DNA of 64,000 bases, taken from positions 6,877-70,876 of the IMG/VR virus record IMGVR_UViG_3300007735_000783; one strand, written 5' to 3'. The position numbers and the translations under genes are program-made. Shown one piece after another: positions 57,173-64,000 of this stretch (position 1 is the stretch's first letter; each line of letters starts with the position of its first letter). The notes beneath the pieces are model-generated. The model was not told where the DNA came from and did not search any database. It worked only from the letters and a program-made list of their open reading frames with translations. Origin of the DNA: a virus.

Positions 57173-58126
57173 ATGGAAAATTTGCAAAAAGCAATTGATG
57201 CTACAAAAGAAAAGAATGCGATTGACTTTAAACAAGTCATCTCTGCTGAATTGGCAGATAGACTTTATAAGTCAATCAACACAAAGAAAGAGTCTATCTC
57301 TGGTAGTATAACCAAGAAAGATGAAACTCCTGTTGAGGCTGAGGCTGAGGAAGATGCTGCTCCTGCGGTATCTGAGGCTAATGTTCTGGCTCCATCTGCA
57401 CCTGTGTCGGGTGGCAAGGTTGGAATTCCTGGATCAGAAAGGTCAAATTCAGGTGCGGGAGAAATTCCTGACCCTTTAGAAGGAGAACTGAAGGACGAAA
57501 TAGAAAACGCCTTCGGTCTAAAAGGTGATTCGGATAAGATGATTGCCAAGGATGACGACATCTCCTTGGATCCAAACTTTGAAAAAGAATTTTACATGAA
57601 AGAGATGGATTACAACGGTCACAAGGTAACTTTGAAGCAGATTGGATTAGGTCTTTCAAAGCCTGTGCGCGTTTATGTGGACAACAAGCGTTGGGAATTC
57701 TTTCCAGGCCCCGAAGCCGCAATGAAGGCTTCCAAGTCATACATTGATGGAATGGACAAGCAAGAAAGTGTGAACACATCAGAGGCTGTAACAGAAGCAA
57801 AGGTTGACCTAGACGGCAGAAGTCGTTTATATAAATCAACTGTTGCTCGTTTAGAGCAAGCCCGTATGCGTCGTGAAACTCACAACAGTAAAGTTAAAGA
57901 GTTGGAAGAAACTTCAACCATGACAAACCAAGAAATCTTGGATGCCGTTAACATGAAAGACGGTAAATTTGTTATGGGTGAAGAAGAACTAAGCGACAAA
58001 CAAAGTAAATACAGAAAATTCTTTTCTTCTGCTTTAAAGAAGCATGGTGCATCATCGCCCACAGAATTATCAGGAGAAAAGAGAAAACAATTCTTCAACT
58101 ATGTTAAATCAAATTGGAAGGGATAA
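57173..58126 (+). CDS. Prohead core / internal head protein (gp67-like N-terminus plus additional segments)
   Basis: Directly after gp20; NAIDFKQVISAELADRL N-terminus; acidic linkers; C-terminal YRKFF..ALKK.G..SP.EL..EK.KQFFNYV..NW. Confidence 0.55.
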   Translation: MENLQKAIDATKEKNAIDFKQVISAELADRLYKSINTKKESISGSITKKDETPVEAEAEEDAAPAVSEANVLAPSAPVSGGKVGIPGSERSNSGAGEIPDPLEGELKDEIENAFGLKGDSDKMIAKDDDISLDPNFEKEFYMKEMDYNGHKVTLKQIGLGLSKPVRVYVDNKRWEFFPGPEAAMKASKSYIDGMDKQESVNTSEAVTEAKVDLDGRSRLYKSTVARLEQARMRRETHNSKVKELEETSTMTNQEILDAVNMKDGKFVMGEEELSDKQSKYRKFFSSALKKHGASSPTELSGEKRKQFFNYVKSNWKG

Positions 58127-58389
58127 TGTCAGACACACCATCACAACTAAAAAACGAAGTATCACGCAAAATTATAGATTGCGTTAGAGAATGCGTTTCC
58201 ACAAACAAGGGCAAAACTCTTGAGTTGATGGATGGTTCAATTGTTCGTCTTACTCCTATGCAAGCAGAAAAATTCATCTCAATTCACGACGAGTTGAGTG
58301 AATCTAATCAGGCTTCTTTTCGTTTAATGCTAGTTGAAACAAAACAATCATTTGAAGGAGTTAACACCTTCTGTAAGGAGAGAAAGTAA
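58126..58389 (+). CDS. Hypothetical head-module protein
   Basis: ATG overlaps the upstream stop (TAATG); DGS...LT...A..F...HD.L.E.NQ..F. Confidence 0.65.
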   Translation: MSDTPSQLKNEVSRKIIDCVRECVSTNKGKTLELMDGSIVRLTPMQAEKFISIHDELSESNQASFRLMLVETKQSFEGVNTFCKERK

Positions 58390-58814
58390 TGACTGCTAGA
58401 TTAGACTATCTTGTAAAGAGTAAAAATCGTTGTGTGGTGGCTTATTCATCAGATGGTGGTGGAGGTAACATTACATTTGATGTTGGCCCATCAGCCTTTG
58501 GTTCCTTGTTCACACCAGTAGGAAATGAAAGTTATTCTGTTGCAACAACCGGTTTAACTTTTACTTCTGCTGCAATTTCAAGAGTAGTAGGTTCTGCCGG
58601 TGGTGCTGCTGGATCTATTGAAATTGCTTTCCAAGGATCAACAAACTATCAAGCATTTCAGTTTCCTTACGGCTCATCCGTTGACAACAACTTTGAGCGT
58701 TTCACAATTCCGAATCTAGCAGCAGGATCTACAGGAATGGCAACCATTACTAACCGCCTAACCTCTGGTGCTACCGCTTCAGTTATTATTGAATTTGTGA
58801 ATAGACATGTTTAA
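58389..58814 (+). CDS. Hypothetical beta-rich structural protein
   Basis: 141-aa G/S/T-rich ORF immediately upstream of gp21; TAATG coupling. Confidence 0.65.
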   Translation: MTARLDYLVKSKNRCVVAYSSDGGGGNITFDVGPSAFGSLFTPVGNESYSVATTGLTFTSAAISRVVGSAGGAAGSIEIAFQGSTNYQAFQFPYGSSVDNNFERFTIPNLAAGSTGMATITNRLTSGATASVIIEFVNRHV

Positions 58815-58820
58815 TAAATA
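58814..58820 (+). promoter_or_regulatory. Late promoter (ATAAATA)
   Basis: Motif 20 nt upstream of gp21. Confidence 0.55.
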
Positions 58821-58839
58821 AAAAACAAAGGGAAATCAA

Positions 58840-59487
58840 ATGAAACTATTCTGCGATATTAACGAAGAGATTCAAGTTCTAACCGAAGAGAACGAACCAG
58901 GCAAGAAGAACTACTTTATTGAAGGCATCTTCTTGATGTGCGATCAAAAGAATCGCAACGGTCGTGTTTATACTTTTGAAATGATGAACAAGAAGGTAAA
59001 TGAATACAACAATTCGTTTGTCAAGCAAAAGCGTGCTTTCGGTGAGTTGGGACATCCTGAGGGGCCAACAATCAACCTAGAGCGCGTATCTCACATGATT
59101 ACCGATCTGTACTCTGACAAGAAGAATTTCATTGGTCGGGCTAAGATCATGGATACCCCATACGGCAAAATTGTAAAAAACCTCATTGATGAGGGTGCTA
59201 AGTTGGGTGTGTCTAGCCGTGGAATTGGCTCTTTAGAAGAGAAAAACGGGGTTAATTATGTGAAAGACGACTATCAACTAGCCACAGCAGCAGATATTGT
59301 AGCCGATCCTTCTGCTCCAGAAGCCTTTGTTCGGGGCATCATGGAAGGCAAGGAATGGATATACGAAAGTGGCAGACTTGTTGAAAGGGATGTTGAAGAA
59401 ATTAAGCGAAGCATTAAAAACGCATCATCTAGAAAACTAGAAGAAGCCAAAATTCAAGCCTTTCAAAAGTTTTTACGAAATCTTTAA
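58840..59487 (+). CDS. gp21: Prohead core protease gp21
   Basis: IEGIFL..KNRNGRVY; GELGHPEGPTINLERVSH; TPYGKIV; LGVSSRGIGSL; DIVADPSAPEAFV.GIME.KEW. Confidence 0.97.
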   Translation: MKLFCDINEEIQVLTEENEPGKKNYFIEGIFLMCDQKNRNGRVYTFEMMNKKVNEYNNSFVKQKRAFGELGHPEGPTINLERVSHMITDLYSDKKNFIGRAKIMDTPYGKIVKNLIDEGAKLGVSSRGIGSLEEKNGVNYVKDDYQLATAADIVADPSAPEAFVRGIMEGKEWIYESGRLVERDVEEIKRSIKNASSRKLEEAKIQAFQKFLRNL

Positions 59488-59492
59488 GAACA

Positions 59493-59499
59493 CTAAATA
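59493..59499 (+). promoter_or_regulatory. Late promoter (CTAAATA)
   Basis: In the gp21-gp22 gap upstream of AAGGAG. Confidence 0.65.
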
Positions 59500-59537
59500 T
59501 CATTTGACATCTTCATAAATTCACAAGGAGCGAGTTC

Positions 59538-60632
59538 ATGGACTCATTTAAGAACGACGAAGTAGAAGAAATCCTCGAAGAGGAAATTACCGAAGAAACC
59601 CCAACAGAAGAAGTGGTTGTCACTGATAGTCCAACCATTGAGGAAGACGCAGCAGCCACTCAAAAGGCAACTGTTACTTCCAAGCAGCCTGCTGGCGAGA
59701 AGTCAAAACTTCCCGCTGCTGCTAAGAGTAAGGGCTCTTCCAAGTACGCTGGTCTATACATGGACGGTACAGGCAAGGGCGTAGAAGTTCCTGAGCCTGT
59801 TGCTACCGATTCGTCTGCTTCTGCTGACAAGCAATTGAAGTTGGTGGATGCCAAGCGTTCAGGTAAGACTGAAGGAGTTCAAGTTCACATGGACGCTATG
59901 TTCAATGGTGAAGAACTATCAGAAGACTTCAAGAGCAAGGCTTCCACAATCTTTGAAACCGCTCTCAATGAGCGTGTTGAAGCCATTGAGAACGAACTCA
60001 AGGCTGAGTACGATAATCGTCTAGTTGAGCAAACCGAAACTCTAAAGACTGAACTCACTCAGCAACTTGATTCATATCTCTCATATGTTGTTGAAGAGTG
60101 GATGGAAGAAAACAAACTCGCTGTTGAGAAGGGTCTACGCACCGAAATCGCTGAAGAATTTATTGAAGGTCTTCGTGGTCTTTTCTTACAGCACAACATT
60201 GAAGTACCACAAGGCAAGACTGATCTGCTAGATGAAATGGCAGAGAAGGTTGAAGCCCTAACTACCTCCTTGAACGAAGAGATCAACAAAGGTCTAGAAC
60301 TCAAGAACAAGATTTCTGATCTAGAAAGACAGAAACTTGTTTCAAGCATGAGTGAAGGACTTGTTGATACCGACAAGGAGCGTTTCTTGAAATTGGCGGA
60401 AGGCGTTGGCTTTGAAACAAACAACGAATTCCGTTCAAAGTTGGAAGTCATCCGTGAGTCTTACTTCGGTGATTCAGGCAAGTCATTCTTGTCAGAGGAA
60501 GTCGAAGACGATATGACGGTTGCCGAAAATGCTCCTGCGAATGAACAAGAAAACTTGTCAGAGTCAATGGAAGCATATTCGCACATGTTGTCTCGCCTAA
60601 GCCGTAACAAGCCCCAAAGCAAGAAGAACTAA
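59538..60632 (+). CDS. gp22: Prohead core scaffold protein gp22
   Basis: GEELSEDFKSKASTIFETA; DSYLSYVVEEWMEENKLAVEKGLRTEIAEEFI.GL..LF; KLEVIRESYF. Confidence 0.95.
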   Translation: MDSFKNDEVEEILEEEITEETPTEEVVVTDSPTIEEDAAATQKATVTSKQPAGEKSKLPAAAKSKGSSKYAGLYMDGTGKGVEVPEPVATDSSASADKQLKLVDAKRSGKTEGVQVHMDAMFNGEELSEDFKSKASTIFETALNERVEAIENELKAEYDNRLVEQTETLKTELTQQLDSYLSYVVEEWMEENKLAVEKGLRTEIAEEFIEGLRGLFLQHNIEVPQGKTDLLDEMAEKVEALTTSLNEEINKGLELKNKISDLERQKLVSSMSEGLVDTDKERFLKLAEGVGFETNNEFRSKLEVIRESYFGDSGKSFLSEEVEDDMTVAENAPANEQENLSESMEAYSHMLSRLSRNKPQSKKN

Positions 60633-60634
60633 TT

Positions 60635-60642
60635 TATAAATA
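60635..60642 (+). promoter_or_regulatory. Late promoter (TATAAATA) of the major capsid gene
   Basis: Exact T4 late consensus ~38 nt upstream of gp23. Confidence 0.75.
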
Positions 60643-60679
60643 TCACTAACCTTTAAAACTACCACAGGAGTATAAACCA

Positions 60680-62086
60680 ATGGAACTCACTATTTCAGAA
60701 GCACTACAGAGCAAGTGGAAGCCTGTGCTTGAGCACTCGGAACTTCCAGAAATCTCTGATCCTTATCGCAAGGCAGTAACCACGATTCTTCTAGAGAATC
60801 AGCAACAGTACCTCCGTGAGGACGGCGCAGCAAATATCTCCGCCAACCTTGACGGTGCAGGCACAAGCAATGTCGCTCGTTGGGATCCAATCTTGATCTC
60901 ACTCGTTCGTCGCGCTATGCCAAACCTAATCGCATACGATGTATGCGGCGTTCAGCCAATGAGTGGCCCAACCGGTCTTATCTTTGCTCTACGCAGTCGT
61001 TACAACAACCAGTTCGGTGATGAAGCACTCTTCCAAGAAGCAAACACTCGCTTCTCAGGAACCAAGGCAACAGGTCTATCTGGTGCTACCTTCACATCAA
61101 ACGGTGGTCTAATCAGTTCAGGCGGCGTAACTTCTGCTGAAACCGATCCATTCAAGTTTGGTACTCTAGCAGGCGGAACTGCTGGCGACTTTGGTACAGT
61201 ATCGGATCCATTCATTGGAACCGCAATGTCAACCAATGTTGGTGAAGCACTTGGTTATCCAAACGGTTCACAAGAAGCAGGCAATCAGTTTGCACAAATG
61301 GCATTCTCAATTGAGAAGACCACTGTGACTGCTCAGACCCGTGCGTTGAAGGCAGAGTACACAATGGAATTGGCACAAGACTTGAAGGCAATTCACGGTC
61401 TTGACGCTGAAACCGAACTCGCCAACATTTTGTCAAGTGAAATTCTTGCCGAAATCAACCGCGAAGTCGTTCGTCGCATCTATGTGTCAGCCAAGTTGGG
61501 TGCTCGCTCAGGTCTAACTCAGACCCAAGGCGTGTTTGACTTGAATGTTGACTCAAACGGTCGTTGGTCAGTTGAGAAGTTCAAGGGCTTGCTCTTCCAA
61601 ATTGAGCGCGAAGCCAATGCAATCGCCAAGGAAACCCGTCGTGGTAAGGGTAACTTCGTCCTCTGCTCGGCAGATGTGGCAAGTGCTCTAAGCATGGCAG
61701 GCGTTCTTGACTACGCTCCTGCTCTCTCAACCAACCTCAATGTGGACGACACAGGCAACACCTTCGCTGGTGTTCTCAACGGTCGTCTCCGTGTGTACAT
61801 TGATCCTTACGCTTCACAGACAGCAACCTCAGAGTTCTTCTGCGTAGGCTATAAGGGTTCAAGCCCATACGATGCTGGTCTCTTCTACTGCCCATATGTA
61901 CCTCTTCAGATGGTTCGTGCAGTTGGCGAGAACTCGTTCCAGCCAAAGATTGGTTTCAAGACTCGTTACGGTATCATCCATAACCCATTCGTCTTGAACT
62001 CAAGCGGCAATGTGACCAGTACATTGGACGACACAGTTCGTCGCAACATGTACTACCGCATCGTCAAGGTAACAAACCTCTTCTGA
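60680..62086 (+). CDS. gp23: Major capsid protein gp23
   Basis: KWKPVLEH; DPILISLVRRAMPNLIAYDVCGVQPMSGPTGLIFA; RALKAEYTMELAQDLKAIHGLDAE; YDAGLFYCPYVPLQ; FQPKIGFKTRYG. Confidence 0.98.
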   Translation: MELTISEALQSKWKPVLEHSELPEISDPYRKAVTTILLENQQQYLREDGAANISANLDGAGTSNVARWDPILISLVRRAMPNLIAYDVCGVQPMSGPTGLIFALRSRYNNQFGDEALFQEANTRFSGTKATGLSGATFTSNGGLISSGGVTSAETDPFKFGTLAGGTAGDFGTVSDPFIGTAMSTNVGEALGYPNGSQEAGNQFAQMAFSIEKTTVTAQTRALKAEYTMELAQDLKAIHGLDAETELANILSSEILAEINREVVRRIYVSAKLGARSGLTQTQGVFDLNVDSNGRWSVEKFKGLLFQIEREANAIAKETRRGKGNFVLCSADVASALSMAGVLDYAPALSTNLNVDDTGNTFAGVLNGRLRVYIDPYASQTATSEFFCVGYKGSSPYDAGLFYCPYVPLQMVRAVGENSFQPKIGFKTRYGIIHNPFVLNSSGNVTSTLDDTVRRNMYYRIVKVTNLF

Positions 62087-62112
62087 TTCATAATCGGAAG
62101 TTCAGTCACTCC

Positions 62113-62147
62113 GAGCAGCCCCCTTGAAAGAGGGGGTTGTTCTTTTT
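62113..62147 (+). terminator. Intrinsic terminator after gp23
   Basis: GAGCAGCCCCCT-TGAAAG-AGGGGGTTGTTC followed by TTTTT. Confidence 0.85.
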
Positions 62148-62166
62148 AATACAGTTTTCATTTTTC

Positions 62167-62173
62167 CTAAATA
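62167..62173 (+). promoter_or_regulatory. Late promoter (CTAAATA)
   Basis: Directly after the gp23 terminator, upstream of the 62217 ORF. Confidence 0.6.
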
Positions 62174-62216
62174 TGCTAAAGTAAGTTGTTAATTAGCATC
62201 TTTAAAGAGGGGTAAA

Positions 62217-63920
62217 ATGCCATACAATCCATTAAACGCTCAAAGAAATAACGAATCAAATTTTGATTATTTTCAGTATACTAATAAATTTTGGTGGGTT
62301 GGAGGAAATGGTGTTGGTGTAACTACAGGAACAAGCAAAGACGCATACGATTGGAACAATGCTAGTAATTGGAGATTTTGGAATCCATCAGATGGTGGAG
62401 TTTGGTCAACCGCCACTCGTGTTCCTGGTTCGGTTAATGGTTATAACGATATAGTTTTTGTTGGTGGATTATCTTTCGGCCCAACTGCTTATGCTCCTCT
62501 ATTATACGGAGGATTCTCTGGAAGTAGTACTACAGGCGGATACGCAACTTCCACAGGATTGACATTTGATGCAGGAACAACAACCACAAATACAATACTA
62601 GAAGTAAACATTAAATGGGAATATGGCTACGAACAAAAATATCCATTTAATATTGTTGGTGGAGGATTAAACTCACTATACTCTATGGGAGTTACTTCAG
62701 GTTCTGTAACTGGTGTAAGTGCAGCATATGGTGTAACTTTTGGTGCATATTCCGCTAATCCACACTATCAATCACTAAAACTTAAAGCACAATCATTTAA
62801 AGAAGAATCTTCAAGAGCAAACAATAAGTCAATCTTCTTAAATCTTGTTAAAGCGGTTTCTCCTACGGGATATCCTGTTGGATTGTTTACAAAGGGATCG
62901 GGTGGTAGTGGTGGAAATTCTTGGAACAATGGCCCATCAAGCAGATCAAAAATTCATTTAACAGGTTTCTTAAACGAATTCCGAGACGAATCCAGACCAA
63001 GTGATAATTTTATACGAACAAGTGGTGATGTGACGCAAATTCGTCAAGACTATACCGATTTGAATCAAGGTCTATACGGTTATCCTGAAGTGAATCTAGG
63101 ATGGAATAGTTCTGGACTCACTTTAGGTTCATATGTGGGATATAATCTATGCAATGTTGTTGTAGACAACAATTCTACTGTTGGAAAAATGAATATCAAT
63201 ACTGTGTATTCCTACCCAAACACTACACAATATTTGGGATTATCAGAATATCCATTAACAGTTTTAGGTGAAATTTCAGATAAACCTCTTGCCACTTTAG
63301 GATATACCTTAACGGGTGGTTTAACTGGTGTTGAATACGGTAAATTGTCAGTAAACGCAACTCCAGAAGTTTTTCAAACCGCTAGAGGAATAACAAGCAG
63401 TCAAGTTAATGTGGCTATAGGCAACTTCCTGAATTATTCAGGAGTTACTGGTGTAGGCTATACGGGTTCTGCTAAAATTTCTTCTTTAGAAATTTTTAAC
63501 AACTACATGTCCCTAAGCCCAACAAATCTTGTGTTCATGGGAACTGTTGCTATAGCAGATGCTCAAGTAGTTAATACAAAAATAAGTGCTTGGAGGGATG
63601 CTCAAAACAGTTCAATTGATATTGGTAGTTTGCGAATGAGTAAACAATCAGAATTGTTGCTTAATGCGGCTCCTGATATAAACTCTTGGAGTTTTGGATT
63701 GCTTCCTGCTGCCGGTACAACAACTCAAATATTGGGTGGTATCTACGCAGACGACACTTGCACAATTAGAACCAGTTCTGGTATTGCATTGTTCAACAAG
63801 AATATCAATACCGCAGTATCTTCCAACAACTTTGTGGCTGATACAAACAACAATATTCTATCAACAACAAGGCGATTTGTTGCTAGACCGGATGATGTTG
63901 CAGAACTTCCATTGCCATAA
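62217..63920 (+). CDS. Hypothetical G/S/T/N-rich protein, probably virion-associated
   Basis: 567 aa, beta-strand-like composition, many GxTG motifs, own late promoter and terminator. Confidence 0.7.
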   Translation: MPYNPLNAQRNNESNFDYFQYTNKFWWVGGNGVGVTTGTSKDAYDWNNASNWRFWNPSDGGVWSTATRVPGSVNGYNDIVFVGGLSFGPTAYAPLLYGGFSGSSTTGGYATSTGLTFDAGTTTTNTILEVNIKWEYGYEQKYPFNIVGGGLNSLYSMGVTSGSVTGVSAAYGVTFGAYSANPHYQSLKLKAQSFKEESSRANNKSIFLNLVKAVSPTGYPVGLFTKGSGGSGGNSWNNGPSSRSKIHLTGFLNEFRDESRPSDNFIRTSGDVTQIRQDYTDLNQGLYGYPEVNLGWNSSGLTLGSYVGYNLCNVVVDNNSTVGKMNINTVYSYPNTTQYLGLSEYPLTVLGEISDKPLATLGYTLTGGLTGVEYGKLSVNATPEVFQTARGITSSQVNVAIGNFLNYSGVTGVGYTGSAKISSLEIFNNYMSLSPTNLVFMGTVAIADAQVVNTKISAWRDAQNSSIDIGSLRMSKQSELLLNAAPDINSWSFGLLPAAGTTTQILGGIYADDTCTIRTSSGIALFNKNINTAVSSNNFVADTNNNILSTTRRFVARPDDVAELPLP

Positions 63921-63947
63921 AACATTAAAATATACATTATACCCTAT

Positions 63948-63979
63948 GAGAGGACGGCTTCAGAGCCGTCCTTTCTTTT
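63948..63979 (+). terminator. Intrinsic terminator
   Basis: GAGAGGACGGCT-TCAG-AGCCGTCCTTTC followed by TTTT. Confidence 0.85.
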
Positions 63980-63986
63980 CTAAATA
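63980..63986 (+). promoter_or_regulatory. Late promoter (CTAAATA) for the next, truncated gene
   Basis: Immediately after the terminator; an ATG lies at 63992. Confidence 0.55.
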
Positions 63987-64000
63987 CTCTTATGGAAAAC

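Noticed and set aside
51504-62086. Introns, inteins or homing endonucleases in terminase, portal or capsid genes
   Set aside because: gp17, gp20 and gp23 have normal lengths and continuous motifs; no HNH, GIY-YIG or LAGLIDADG ORFs were recognised
1126-63937. Many short opposite-strand or nested ORFs in the ORF track (e.g. 2051..2515, 43514..44002, 57378..57839, 60059..60451)
   Set aside because: They lie wholly within well-supported genes, show no recognisable motifs and are expected antisense shadows
1-64000. Stop-codon reassignment (TAG is rarely used as a stop)
   Set aside because: All conserved genes translate full length in the standard bacterial code, gp59 ends plausibly at TAG, and reading through the TAGs before gp4 reaches a TAA without finding an ATG
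1-64000. tRNA or other structured RNA genes
   Set aside because: Intergenic gaps are nearly all under ~130 nt and are accounted for by promoters and terminators; no cloverleaf or T-loop signature was noticed, though a tRNAscan/Infernal run would be needed to exclude them

Overview
The window is a gene-dense segment of a large T4-like myovirus genome, with a gene set and order closer to environmental cyanophage-like T4 relatives than to T4 itself. It has four strand blocks. (1) 1-30893, minus strand: six paralogous small fibre proteins, a large tail-collar fibre, a VrlC/DUF4815-like protein and the baseplate genes gp8, gp7, gp6, gp25, PAAR, gp5, gp53 and gp48. (2) 30982-36894, plus strand: gp4, gp2, gp54-like, gp26, gp51 and a tape-measure-like protein. 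(3) 36895-41302, minus strand: gp32, gp59, gp33, a PD-(D/E)XK exonuclease, an FmdB-type zinc ribbon protein, UvsE and an extremely acidic small protein. (4) 41431-64000, plus strand: hypotheticals, a GT2-TPR glycosyltransferase, a second tail-collar fibre and the neck/terminase/tail/head genes gp13-gp23. Late promoters read (C/A)TAAATA. The strongest leads are: a G/S-x-T-G motif pervading virion proteins next to a GT2-TPR glycosyltransferase (possible virion O-glycosylation system); a candidate -1 frameshift fusing gp26 to gp51 just before the tape measure gene; a gp5 spike with a ~400-aa extension; periodic AUAC repeats over the gp32 leader; and an apparent ATC start codon for gp4. All assignments come from motif recognition and synteny by eye; no database searches were run.
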